Origin: the human T2T-CHM13v2.0 reference genome, Homo sapiens
NCBI RefSeq assembly: GCF_009914755.1
Contig: NC_060926.1
Length of the DNA stretch: 64,000 bases
Direction: 5' to 3' (one strand)
Shown here: positions 28,335 to 41,191 of the stretch, in pieces
Position numbering within the stretch: position 1 is the first letter of the stretch
Layout of the letters: the number at the start of each line of letters is the position of its first letter
Notes under the pieces: generated by a model
What the model saw: only the letters and a program-made list of their open reading frames with translations
What the model was told of the DNA's origin: nothing
Database searches by the model: none
Position numbers and translations under genes: made by a program

Positions 28335-30916
28335 CTATGTTTCCTGCGGGAAGCCTGACTGATGCAGGATCTAATATTTTTTAAACAACTACTACATAAT
28401 AGGACAGTGCTGGGCACTTTATATACATTTTCTTATTTTTACTCGTAAAAATCATGCCAGAAAGTTACCGTTGGTAACTACAGGTGATAAAACAGAGGCT
28501 CAAAGAAGTTAAGTCAGTCGTCCAAAGTGACTCAGTTAGTAAGCAGATGGCAGAGGTGGAAAATGAAGCCAGCATTAGTTAGCCTTAAGAGGTTTCTTAC
28601 ACCCTTATCTTTTCATAGTTTAAACGTGCAGTTAAAAGAAAGGTTGAATGCAAAGCTACAAGAGCTCTGGGAACCAGGATGGTCAGAAAAGCCGATAGGA
28701 AGAGATGTAAAATCCCGACAGTCCCTGCCAAGCCTCTGATCCTGACTTAGCATCATCACATGACCTTGCTCAGGGCATGGCGCTCCTCCTCACCAGGTCC
28801 ATGGCACAGCTCAGCACCCAGACTCCTTCCATCACCATCATCTGCTGTCTTCGTAAGCCTCCCTGGAAATGGCCTTGCAGGGAACGGAAGGGACGTGTCG
28901 GCTGGGGGACAGGCAGGTGGAAGAATGAAGAGAACGTTCCCCTTTACTCTGCTCCTCTTGCCTCTCCCTGCCTGTGCTCATGCTGACATTGCTGCTTCAT
29001 TAGCCCCCAGGACTCCATGCTGTCTGCTCATGTGGAAGCTTCTAGAAACAGTGCTGCTGACAGGGACTCTGGTAGGCTTTGCTTTCCAGTGAATCTGTGT
29101 GGGTGTCCATAAAGCAGAGCTGTGTGAGAACAGGAAGGGAGAGACTCCTCCTTCTCTGCCCATTCAACTGCTGAACAAATCCATGCAAAAAGCAACAGTG
29201 GGGAAACACAGCCTCCACTGAGCCAGACCAGGAAGGAATGTGGCCTCAGAGAGCCTGCGCTTCTGAAGGCTGAGAGACTCTGGAGATCATCTTGTGCATC
29301 CCCCAGCCTCCACACTGCAGCTTCCCTTTTCTCTAAGGACACCCCCGCAGCCTCATGCAGATGCCTTCTCAGGTCTCGGTGAGTCACTCCACATATCTAA
29401 CCTAGCTTTTCCCCATAGAACTCAGGAAAGATAAAGGCTGAAGGAGTCTGTGAAACTTCATGATGAAGGGAGTCTCTAAACCTCTTGCCAAGAGGCAATG
29501 ATACAAGAGCTCTGGGTCCAAAAGGTCCCTTCGGGAAGATCCCCAACCTCCACCAGGGAAGATCTGAGCCTTTCCTTAGGTGATGCTAGGATTTCTAATT
29601 CCAGTGGTCACCTTCCATGGGGCAAGAATCTTCCATTGTTCATCTCATGCCTACCACATAGCCTCACATACTCCCTGGTGCACAATACATGTTCAACAAA
29701 TCATTGTGTAATTCCATTCAGTTGAAGTCCTCTGGCCACCTGAGTTGTCCATCTGTGTAGTGAAGGGTCAGAAAAAACTTGCAATGCAGAGGCAACCCTC
29801 AGGGAAGAAAGTATCCTTGGTCTTTGGGGTGGAGACAGAAGAAACCCACCTTTCTTCCCCCTATTTCTTTGCACTATGCTCCACAGCAGAAGATAACATT
29901 ACAAACTTCCCAAGTAGAACAAAATGTCCAAAGTCTTTGGTTCTTGGGCTGTAGATCCCTACTGTCCTGGTGGAGAAGAGGGAGCTGATGCAGTCTGACC
30001 AGAAAATCATGCTGTGAAGACAGGATGCGGAGAACATTGGTAATTCTTCTAGCAGGAATCAATTTTATTCCACAAGTTGAGTATAAAATAGTGCCACATT
30101 CCTTATTGTTTCCTTCAGTCTCTATCATGTTTTGCGGGGGGGTGCTGCCTAGACGGTACTCAGACATAGGCAAAGGACATGGTCTCTGAGGGTACTCATC
30201 ATCCTTAAAGTTGCTTCACCCAAAGGCAAGCTCCTTTGGGTGCTCCATCCCTCAGTGCCTATGGAGGTATGGGAGTCTTTGAGGTTCCCAAGGCTCCTCT
30301 TCAGTGTTCCAACCCTGGTACCCCATGCTGCCCATCAGAGGACCTCACCTCTTCATCTCTGCTGAGAAACAAGGCACAGTTCTCCAGCTGATTCCCAGGT
30401 AAGGCACTGCTAGAAGACTGGATATGGAGGAGAGAAGCCAAGCCTTGCTCCCTCTCTCTCTGCTTCTGAAGATAGCATCTCCAGCAGCTGCCACTTCTCC
30501 TCTGTGCCCCCAGCTCCCATTGCACAGGTCAGCCCTGGTTTCAGCTGCCCTCAGGCTCTCCTCCCTTTGTCCTTCAAGCTTAGGGCAACCAGACTCCCCA
30601 CTCTTGCTAATCTCAGGGCTGCCTTTTCATCTGCTGTTTGGCTTCTCAGCAATTCCATCACCTACTAACCAATTCCCCTCGTCACATTCTCTTTGTTATA
30701 AATATTTCATGTGACTCTGTTTCCTTGGTTGGACCCTGGTGGATACAATTCCTTTCCTCCCTTTCCGAAAAGTTACTCCTCAACTCCAAACTCCTGTGCT
30801 TCCCCACTCTCTGAGCCCCCTTTGCTTTCACCAACCAGCTCCTTTGGAAAACAAAATCCCCATTCTCCACCTGATTCCCAGCCCTGTTTGCTCTTTTAGG
30901 CAAAATGGAACAGACT

Positions 30917-31452
30917 CAGGTCTAACACGTGGTGATTCCCTGTGGTCAGCAAAGGAGTCATTATGGCATGAGGTGGGAGAGTGGCCGCTGGCACCTGAGA
31001 AAGGCCCCACACACTTCTTATTTGTCTCAGCCCCTAAAGGCTGAGCAGGTTGAGGAGGGAGCCTTTTAAAAGTCTTAAAACAAAAACAACTCTGATTTAT
31101 TCTGATTCTTCTGCAATGGCAAGAACAATACAAATTAATATGTCAACAAATGATCCTGCCAAGCTTAGGACCCTGGAAAAACACACAGAGCCTCTGAGGG
31201 TCCTGCTCTTGCCAGTGGAGTCTCAAGTTATGGCTATTTGGTTTGTGCAGGTGAGCAGAAAAAGGAAACACCCCTGCAGAGGAACGTCCCTGCCTAAAGC
31301 ATTTTGGGGGTCCCCTCCCTCCTCAACCTGCTCAGCCTTTGGGGGCTGAAACAAGTAAGGAATGTGTGGAGCCTTGCTCAGGTCCCACTCTCCTACCTTG
31401 GGAGATCATGGCCCCTCTGCTGGCCACTGGGAGTTACCATGTATTAGACCTG
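30917..31452. repeat. Long imperfect inverted repeat (arms 30917-31061 and 31315-31452, 253-bp spacer)
   Basis: The reverse complement of arm 2 aligns with arm 1 over its length; the innermost 26 bp (aaaggctgagcaggttgaggagggag / ctccctcctcaacctgctcagccttt) are exact. Confidence 0.93.
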
Positions 31453-31744
31453 GAGCTGGAGAGGATATGAGAAACCACCTGTCTCACTCTGTCATCTTAG
31501 GATGAGGAGAATGAAATCCAAGAGAGGGGGATGACACCCAGGTTGATCAGGGGATGAGCGACAGACCAAGAACTAGAACTCAAGTATCCAAATTCCACTG
31601 CCCCCTCCAATTTGCCAATGTCCCTTTTAAAGAGCTCTTGGTCAAAAAGGTCAAAAAAGAGCCCTTGGTCATTGCTTGGGAATTGAATCCTGCTCTGCCC
31701 TCAACTGGCTGTGGGGCCTAGGGGGCTTTCCATGACACTCTGCT

Positions 31745-32015
31745 TCATTCATTCCTTCAATAAACATTATCAAGCTCTCACTATATTCCAGACACTGTTT
31801 CAGGCAGAGAGTGTGCAGATGAATGAAAATCCTCATCATTACAGAGACTTCACTCCAGGGGAAGGGAACAAATAAATAAATAAAAGTTATTAGAAAAAAA
31901 ATGCTGAGTATATCTGTTGGTGATATATGACACTGGAAAAAAGAAATAAAGGGAGGTAAAGTGAGTTCCAGGGTGGAGAGGTTGCAAATTTTAAATAGCA
32001 TGGTCAGGGAAACCT
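31745..32015 (-). mobile_element. L2a 3' fragment
   Basis: ttcattcattccttcaataaacatt...ccagacactgtt, ttgcaaattttaaatagcatggtcagggaa. Confidence 0.8.
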
Positions 32016-32566
32016 CAGTGTCTGTCTCTATCTGCAAATGGGAATAATAACAGCATAAACCTTACAGAATCACTATGAGGATCAGGCAGGTTAAGCCACA
32101 TAAAAGGCCAAGCACAGTGAACATCACAAAGTTAATACTAAATAAATGTTAGCTATTACTGCCATCATCATCATTGCTAGCTCATATTTACTAATCAAAT
32201 TATTTTGACATTTATTCTTTGAATTTCGGTTCTGTCATTTCCCAGCATGGGAAGTAACTCAATCTAATCTCCCTGAATCACATTCTCATCTCTCTCATGG
32301 TGTTAATAGTCTCTACCTCATGGAGTTGTTGTAAAGACCTTGTGAGTTAATCCTTGTAAAGCACTTGAAATGGTCTCTGCTACATAATAAGTGCTCAATA
32401 AATATCAGTAAAGACACTACTAGAATGAATGCTCCAGAAGGACAGGAATCTTTGTTTTGTTCATCATCAAACCTCCACTAGGTAGGACAGTCCCTGAGAC
32501 ATAGTGGACACTTGATTAATATTTGTCAAACGAATAAATTGATTGTTTACTATGTGGCAGTCACTA

Positions 32567-33065
32567 TGTGACAGTCCAGGTCCCAATGAGAAACAAAAGG
32601 AATGACCAAATTGGAATCATTTGAGTTGAGCTTAATAAAAAGACCATTGAAAAAGATGTGAGCAAAGTGTAGGGAAATTGCAAGGGGCGGTGTGATATTC
32701 CAAGGCTGTTGACAATGAGGCTCCATTATGACCCCGGGGGTTGAAGGAGTAAGGTAAGCTAGCGGTTATTAGACCCCAGAGAGAACATGGGAGAGGATCC
32801 TCTACCAGGAGCTTTGACCTTGAGTCTAGGAACACAGTTGATTCCTGGCAACCCCTCGGAGAGGTCATTGGGAGAATAAATACCCAGATCACTCTCCTAC
32901 TACCTTCTGATCTCCTGCTGGGCTCCCATTAGCTAGGCCAATGGGAAACCAGAGGACATGAGAACTCACTGATGTGGTCCATAGAGGTGAGACTCCAGGA
33001 CGAAAAACAGAGTGAAGAAGGGTGGAGAATGGACCTGCAGAGCTAAACACGAGCTATCCAGCACA
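32567..33065 (-). mobile_element. LTR33-like ERVL solo LTR
   Basis: aaagatgtgagcaaagtgtagggaaa, gagaataaatacccagatcactctcct...tctgatctcctgctgggctcccatt, gaaaccagagg, terminal cagcaca. Confidence 0.75.
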
Positions 33066-33260
33066 ACTTCTATGTACTATCTCACTCAGTCTTCACAATT
33101 ACTTATGAAGTAAAAATTTTCATCATTTATATTTTCAGCGAAGAAACGAGGGCTCAGAGAGGTTAAGTAACATGCTTAGGGATGCACAGCCACTAAGTGA
33201 GTAGGGCAAGGTTCAAGCCCAGGAAGCCTTACTCCAAAGCCTATATCTTTAGTCATGACC
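33066..33260 (-). mobile_element. MIR SINE
   Basis: ggctcagagaggttaagtaacatgc...cacagccactaagtg...ggttcaagcccagg. Confidence 0.75.
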
Positions 33261-35359
33261 CATCTCAACTGTGTCCTTTTTCTGGACACAGTTTCCCAAC
33301 CTCTGTTTCTCTGCCTAAGTGATGAGGAACTCCTTCCTCCTGGTGTCCCATTCAGTCTGGGCCACCCTGACAAGGAACAGATTCTCCTACAGGCTGGCAC
33401 AAGGATTAACACATTTGGTCTCTTCTCCACTTGACCCCACTACTTGGGTATATTGCCCCTCTTTAAATGAGTCTTGCCGAACTGAACATACTGACTCCGG
33501 AATCGTGTCCCTTCCTTGTTATAGACCTGGAAGGTTAGATACAAAGACATGAAGCAAGACTTCTTGAAAGTCACATGCACAGGCCACAAACAGATCTCAT
33601 CTGCTCCATGGGGTCCCCCCAGTGGCCCCACCTCAACTCCTCTACCCCTCTAGCAGCTTCCACACCTCATCTGCCTCCTCTTTATGGATGCATTGGGAGG
33701 AGAGGGGGGCAGGAGAGATGTTTTGCGGGCCCCCATGAGGGGCAGCCATGCTGGGAAAATTCTATTTACAGCCGTCTCATTTGCACCAGTGGAGATCTGG
33801 ACAGCCCGCTGGACTCTCCAGGATGTGAAGCTCTGGGACATGCCAGATTGTTATCATTGTCAGATACAATTTCCTCCCACTGCCGCCGCCCCGTGCCAGG
33901 CCGTGGTGTCCATCTGTTTATGGAAACAGCAAGGTCCTGGCCAGGTATTTTTAGACAGGGCCTTTGCTGTGCAGGATCAACTTCCCACCAGAACTGTCAG
34001 CACCATCCAGCTTCTCCTCTTCATCTGTTTGTTGTAAATTCTCTAATAATATATAAAACCACAAAGCAGGGGCCAAAGTTTCCTTGGAATGTGGTGGGTG
34101 CTGTCCTTCCTCCCCGGCTCATCCCACAAGGGTGGACTTTCCTGTTTTGATTGCTTCAGGTTTTTTGTTGTTGTTGTTCTTTTCCTTCTCCTGTCATTAT
34201 TTTGAAAGAGAATTATGTGCAGCTCCTCCCACCTCCATTGAATAATAAGTGTTATTTGAAGACTTCCTGGGGAATGGAAAATCGCACTGCCTGCCTGTGA
34301 CAGCTGAGTCTGGGGAGGAGAGGAAATCAAATGAGGGTCAAGTGGAATAAACAATATTTCAATGTTAACACCATTGGGTCAATAACAGGTTATTAGTGAC
34401 CATCAGATCTGATCGTCATTTTGCAGAGAAGGAAATTGAAGCATAGCAAAGGGAAGGGAGATCATGGCTCAGAAAGCATTGCCAGAGCACAAAACACCAA
34501 CAAGAAAGAAAGAATGGATGAAACTAAGGGATTATGAATCCCTGCTCTCTGCCATTTGGGGCACAGGATGAGGCGGTAGGTATATCAAGGGCTCGATATG
34601 AACCTGAGATGGAAGTTCCTGGAGAAGACGGGATGAGTTCAGGACAAAAGGAGCCATAAGTGGCAGACTGGCAGCCTCTGCTGCAGGGCGTGAGTGTAGC
34701 TGGGCAAGAGAAAGAAGGGAACGATGGGTAAATGGGGCAGCCTCTTTGGGGAGAAGAGCCCTTGGGAAGGAGACGTGATGGGCAGAAGGAAAGGAGGGTG
34801 ATTCTTAAAGATAACTACCTATCACGGTGCCTTATCACTCAACTATGTCTTGACTGAGACATTTAATGATGGTGTAAATGGCCCTTCAGCAGATCTTGAA
34901 CTGTGTTTTGGGCCAAATGGCCTTGGGAAATTGATTTTAAATTTTTTTCATGAAAAACACACCATATTTAGTGCCTGATTACAAACTATTTGTGTGAAGT
35001 TTAAATGATCTAGATTATGAAACACGACTTCAATCAAATCCATGCTTTGTGAATACTCAAGAAGAAAGCAATGGACATGAAGCTGGTGTCAGGAGAAGGA
35101 TTCCAGGATCAGCTTGTCCACTAACTCACAGCAGGACATTGGAGAAGTGATCTTGGCTCTCAAGGCATCAATTTTCTAACACAGAAAGTACAAGACCTGC
35201 ATTAAAATTGTTTCAAGCTCCACTCCTATTAGAAATTGTCTTTGCCTTAGCCAAGACCCACTAGCAGGTTGTGGTTGGCATCTGTATCTTCCAACCAGCA
35301 TTGAATGTTTTGCATCGTTTTCATACACACATTGAAATGAAGATCTAACTGGAGTATAG

Positions 35360-35590
35360 ATCATGCACAGGCTCTGGACTCAGAGAGCCTGGATTCTAGA
35401 CCTGCTGCCACCATGCACCAGCTCCATGGCCTTTGAGCAAGTCACTGAACCTCACTGTGCCTCAGTTTCCTTATTACAAAATGGAAATAAAACAGTACCT
35501 ACTTCATGAAATAGTTGTGAGAATGAAATGAGTTAATACATCTAGATTCCTCAGAGCCTGGCATACAGTAAGCAATATACATTAATTAGT
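35360..35590 (+). mobile_element. MIR SINE
   Basis: gagcaagtcactgaacctcactgtgcctcagtttccttattacaaaatgg...cctggcatacagtaagc. Confidence 0.85.
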
Positions 35591-36462
35591 AAAATATTTG
35601 CCTACTGCCATCTAAAGCCACATCCTATACCACCAAGCTACAGGAAACAATAAACTCAAAGAGAAACTCTAATCCATTAACAGGAAGCTGAGGAGGGAGG
35701 GTAACATTAGGAAGTGTTGAGTATGGAGGCAGTGGGTGGGACTAGCTGTCACTCTTGATGTACTGGTGGGCATTACCCCTGCTGCATATTGAGGACTTGG
35801 GAAATGAGGATGTAAGCTCCCAGAGGGCTTCAGTGCCAGGGCCCACGAGCATCCCTATGCATCTTCAAAGCAAGTTAGCAGGTCTGCTGGGCCAGGCTGG
35901 ACAGCCAAGAGCTGAGCATGAGAGCAGCACATGTCTATAGGTTCAAAAAGAAGTGCGGAGTGAGGGCTGACGTGGGAATCAGGAAACCTGGGCTTGATGT
36001 CTGACTCTGGGGCTATTGACTGTATGACCGCAAACCATTCCCTCTACCCTCCAGCCCATATTCCAACCAGGGGAATGAGATGAACAGATCTCTGAGGTTT
36101 CCACCACCTAACATAGTACATCTCTGGGACAGGGTTGAGATCTGCGTAAGCTCACCCAACTTTCTCAAAGATTACAGAGGTGTTTATAAGCAATAGAGGA
36201 AGCTTGACCACATAAGGACATGCATGATGCTCCCCATACACATCTCCCACTCAGATCTCCAAAATCCACTCTGCTTTGATCCAGGTCCTTGTTCTGACTG
36301 GAGTTATGGAGGGTCATCTGGACATTTCCCAGGGGCCGGTAGAGCCACTGCTCCTTGGGCCTTTTTCCTGAGGACAAGAGGAAGAACAGCGACTATTTCC
36401 CCTAGGAATGCCACCACATGCACCAACCTGCTGGTCACCCACCTAGCTGCATGTTCTCACAG

Positions 36463-36580
36463 AGCAGTGCTCCTTAAATGCAGATTCTTGGGCATACTTT
36501 GAACCTACTAAATCAGAATTTTCAATGGCAGGACTTGGGAATCTACATTTAACAACCTCCCTTAGGTAATATTAACATAG
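36463..36580. mobile_element. MER5-type hAT-Charlie MITE remnant
   Basis: aaatgcagattcttggg...acctactaaatcagaatttt...gggaatctacatttaacaacctccc. Confidence 0.7.
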
Positions 36581-37899
36581 AGTTTTATGAAGCTCCAAAG
36601 AATACCAAAGCATATGGCCAGCCACTCACCTAGAAGCTGCAGACAGCTGGATGAGTGTGGCTTGACCATTCATTACCCAGCTTGAAAGCCTCCCTGCAGC
36701 AGGGCCCCTTATACATGCTACAGGTCAAGCAGAAATGAATTGAATCCACCTGTTCCTGTCAGGGGCACATAGCACAGGGACAAGGGATGAGGGGTTTGGG
36801 GAGACAGACTCTCAGACAAGTAATTACCTGGGTTTGAGTCCCTACTCTACCACTTAACCAACTGTGGGGGCCTCACATCAGTTTCCTATTTTTATAAAAA
36901 TAGAAATAAACACTCAGATACTCAAGAAAATAAAATAAGTTATTTCACTCAGCACAGAGCCTGGCACACAGTAGACACTTGGTTAGCAGTGAAACTCCAT
37001 CTGCCAGGATACCACAGAGATAAGAATGATCTCTTATCAGCAGCTATTGTTAACTCTGGTTTTCAGGGAGAATAACACATTCATCTAGTTGTCTGAGAAA
37101 GATTTTGTTTTATATCCCATTGTTGAGGTGAAAATAAGATTCTATCCTCTTGGGACTTTGGGGGCTGTTTGTTTCAGCCATTCAGAGAGTTCTAAGTCCC
37201 TGGGAGCAGCATGCCCTGGAAACAGAATACCTCGCTTTTCCAAGGGTGGAGTGGTCATCCCGACTGCTCCTCCCCAGAGGAGAGGTCTGACATGGCATGG
37301 GATAGAGGCCAGCAGCTCCTCTCTCAGGGACATGTCAATCCAAGATGCCAGGACAAATAGCCTTGTTGTTTGTTCTTGTTCTCCGGCAGCTAAGTCTATG
37401 CCGTTACAAAGTGCTTTCCCATGCATGAATCCACACCACCCACTCGACTGTCCTGCAAGGCTGCAGTGTGACGATGTCAACAACAATGATGGCAATGGCA
37501 TCTTTGCGACTCTCTCCCTTGCCTCCTCCAAATCTTTGCTCAAATATCATCTTCTCAGTGAGGCTACCCTGCCCACCCTATTAAAATTTTGATCTGTCCA
37601 CATCACAGCAATCCCTGTCCTCCTTACCCTGCTCCATTCTTTAGGCTTTTTTCTCACGTGTGCCAACCATGAGAACGCACTGTACAGACCTTCAACTCCA
37701 GGTCACATAGTTGACCAAGGGCCTCAGCTGCTATGCTGTGAAACCCATCACTGCATCGGAGCTGCTACCCCACCTCCCCAGGGCAGTTGCTGGCCAAAGA
37801 CTAAGGCCATCATAGAGACATGGGACTCCTGGTGTCCAGCTTTTGCTTGAGGACTGACTCCCCCTCATGGCTTCAGCAAGCCAGGGCTCCTCCACCCAA

Positions 37900-38235
37900 C
37901 CTTCTCTCTCTCTCCTCACTCAAGGTCACATTTGCATGGTGGACTGGGGGCTCCCTGGAGCCTTTTCTGGCAGCCTCCCTTTCTACCTCCCACAGGCATG
38001 TCCTTTAAAGAACTCTTTGAATGTTCTTTCCTGACATATGTAATCCTATGGTCAACCCAAACTAACACTCTATAGCATCTATCTTCTAACATACAAAATC
38101 CTTTACTTAGTGCATTTACTTTTATTTCCACCTCACCCACAGAAAGGCAAGATTTTTTTTTAACTATTTTGTTCACTGATACAGCCTAGGCACCTAAAAA
38201 ATGACACTTAATGAATATTTACTAAGTAAACAATG
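37900..38235 (+). mobile_element. L2a 3' fragment
   Basis: aaggcaagattttt...tattttgttcactgat...aatgaatatttactaagtaaa; a related L2a piece lies at ~37510-37650. Confidence 0.55.
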
Positions 38236-38452
38236 CCTATTTTCCAGACGGGAAAATGAGGCCCAGAGAGGTTAAGTGACTCTCCCAAGTGGCTCAGCCA
38301 ATAAGTATCAAAGCAGAGTTTAGGTAACTAACATCTCTTCCACTATGCGCACCTATCTCTCTTCCAGTCTCCATCTGCCTGTGTCTCTCTACTTATGTGT
38401 TTTTCTCTTGTCCCTCTCTTCCTCAGGGTGTTGTTTGCTTTTTGTGTGCTCA

Positions 38453-38455
<3 letters not shown>

Positions 38456-38510
<55 letters not shown>
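38456..38510. repeat. (GT)n microsatellite
   Basis: About 24 uninterrupted GT units. Confidence 0.98.
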
Positions 38511-38511
<1 letters not shown>

Positions 38512-41180
38512 CACACACATGTGCGTCCCTCGATGGCTGAAGTGGACCACTCTGTCAATAGTGCTTAGGGAGGTGGGATTCAGGAAGGGAAGGGACGTGG
38601 GTGGAAACTAAAGGCAGCCATGAAGGTGGAGGACTAGACAAGAATCCAAGGGGAAGGAGGAAGGCTGCATGGGGCAGCGAGAAAAGACACAAGAGGGCAA
38701 GTGCCCCTAGTGGGAGTTAAATGACCAGGACCCCACCCTGCTTCCCACTAGCTTTGTGACATGGGCTCAGTCCCTTAACCTCTGTGAGTATCTGTTCTTT
38801 ACTGGATTGTTCCTCCCCACTGTATAAATCCCATCTCAACATTCTTCACAGATAAAACCCCAAGTGAGCTGTGGCTGGCAAAGAGCTTTGTAGGTGGAAA
38901 CGAAGGTGAGCGTCCTTAAGGAAGAATGAGCGAAGACAGGCAGCATGAGAACTACGGCCAGGTCCAGGGTCTCGCCCACTCTGCTCTGGAGCCACATGCT
39001 GCTGCTTATCTAAGTGGTGAGGAAGGGGGGCTAGAGGACAAAGAAATACTCGCCTTCAGCCAGTGGGATTCAGGCAGCAACAGGGAGTTTCTGGACAGTG
39101 AGTGTGGGAGAGGTGATGGAGCAGGTGCAGGGGAAGGTGGGCACTGCCTTCCTGGAGTGTGGGCTGGATCTCCCTGTATCCGAGATGATTTACACAAGGT
39201 CCTGCATGCACACCTGGGCAGGGGATGCATAGGCTCAGGAGGACAGCAGGTGGTGAATGTAGCCCTGGAGAGGGCAGACTGTGGGCTGCAGGAAGAGGCT
39301 GCAGGTGCTGCCTGCAGGAAGAGGCTGGGCCTCAACATGTGGCATTGTTAGAGCCCTGGCTGTACAGACACTGTGCCAGGACCATGAGGGGGAGGAGATG
39401 CATTGGCCCTGCCTCTGCCCAGAGCCCTCCCAGCCCTGAGACTCTTCAACTCTTGGACACTAAGGAGGGACAAGAGGGAGAATGTGGCAACCTGGTGTCC
39501 TGGTCGCTCCTTTATAATCAATCATACAAGGTGACAACACGCACAGTGCAGGTGATGGCTTCACCTGCCTGCTCCATCCCACCCAGCTCGACATCTGCCA
39601 AAGGTCACAGCACACATTCTAAAAGGCTGACAACTGCCTGGTGGCAGAAACCTCCTGACGCTGCAGAAAATGCCTCTCTCTGGGCCTGTGGGAAGTCTCA
39701 CTCATTTACAACGTCACTCAGGGGGCCCCACCTGCTCTGAGACCAGGCAGCCAGTCATCAGGGACAAGGATTGAAGACTGCCAGTGACTTGCTGAGTGAC
39801 ATGGATGACAGACAAGTGACCAAGCTGTCTGCATGACGCCCTGAGCCACTGAGGAGGTGACCCTCCTGCTCACCAGGTGTGCAAACATACCCAGTGCCTG
39901 GCACAGAGCGGCCCTCACAGCCTGTGCGTGGGTGGTGTCTTACAAAACGGAAACCTTTAAGCCCTGTTGTTAGGAGCTTTTGCTTGCTGGGAGGACTGAG
40001 GTGAGGAGGAAATGAGATCGCACTGTGAAAATACTTTGAGAAAACGGAAAAGTACGGTGGAAAATTTGGTTTGGTTGTTTTTAGCCTTACATGAGTCTGG
40101 TGCCATGGGGCTCTAAGGAAAGCTGTCTTACCAGTTTGGGATGACAGGGAGGTTGGAGCAGGTGACCTGAGCCTACCCTTAACACCATGTGTATGTGGAG
40201 CAAGTCACTTCATCTTTCCAAGCATTTTGTTTCTCTGAATCTCAATTTCCTCACCTGCACAATGGGAGAAGGGCCAGAGAATTAGGGGTGTCCTTTGCAG
40301 TCAGATGTTTTAGGATCCTGTTCACACAGCCCAGGGAACAGCAGGGACATCTTGCCAGCCTCTCATGATAGAAGGAGCATGAAGTCACAGGGCACACAGG
40401 TGCTCAGGCTCTGCCACCAGCTCCCTGTGGGACTCTCCAGGCCTCATTTTTGTCCTCTAACTGAGAAGGTCCACAGGCTCATAGCCCTCCAAATTCACCG
40501 CCAGCCCCAACCAGTGCAGCATTCAACCACACCAGCCCACCCTAGAGTCACAGATAGACACAGGCCCCAGGGGGAAGGCCCAGGTGGAGCTGCAGGGAGC
40601 TCACTTCACACGTGCTCTCTTAGCTAGTGGCCTCGGGGAGCTGTGCGAGGTAGAGATAACTTTGCCCATTCCTAGCTCCACTGTGGATTGGGGTGCATAT
40701 CCAGACATGAGACAGGTCTGTCTGCCCTTCCCTGCTCACTCTCACTCTTGCCCTGCCCAGCGTTCAATCCAATGGGTCTCATACCAGGAAACAGATGAAA
40801 AACTCCCTTCTCCAACTTTACCATTCAAAAGCAGGCTCTGTGTAGGGGCTTGGGGAGAAGGTTAAAGCCCCTTTCCTCCAATATGTGTCTTTTCTGAGGG
40901 TAAAAGTACAATCAGTAGCTTTGTGGACTTGGGGGCAGTGATGGAGGAAGTAGCACAAAAAGCTAGGTGGATGTCACCATCTGGAGATTCATCCAGGCGG
41001 TGGTTGATGGAGACCTGGGCAGAAGTCTTGGCAGGTGCACACACTCTGCAAGTCACTGCAGGGACTGGCCTAGGGCCTGCACTTCCTGGGCCTCAGATGC
41101 AGCATCTGAGCCAGGCCAGGACCACGGACAAAGGACAGCTTCTGAGCCCAGCGGATCTTGGGCCTGGGGGATATTCACTC

Positions 41181-41191
41181 TGCTGAGTCAT
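41181..41191 (+). promoter_or_regulatory. Exact CNC-sMaf (NRF2/NF-E2) ARE/MARE consensus, candidate only
   Basis: TGCTGAGTCAT matches TGCTGAGTCAY and contains an AP-1 site; motif match only. Confidence 0.3.

Noticed and set aside
33575-34150. 191-aa ORF
   Set aside because: No recognisable protein similarity or exon structure; composition is typical of translated non-coding DNA.
38823-38911. TATAAA followed by AAG|GTGAGC donor, resembling a promoter and first exon
   Set aside because: Overlaps a degenerate MIR-like remnant, has no CpG island or identifiable downstream exon, and such short motifs are frequent.
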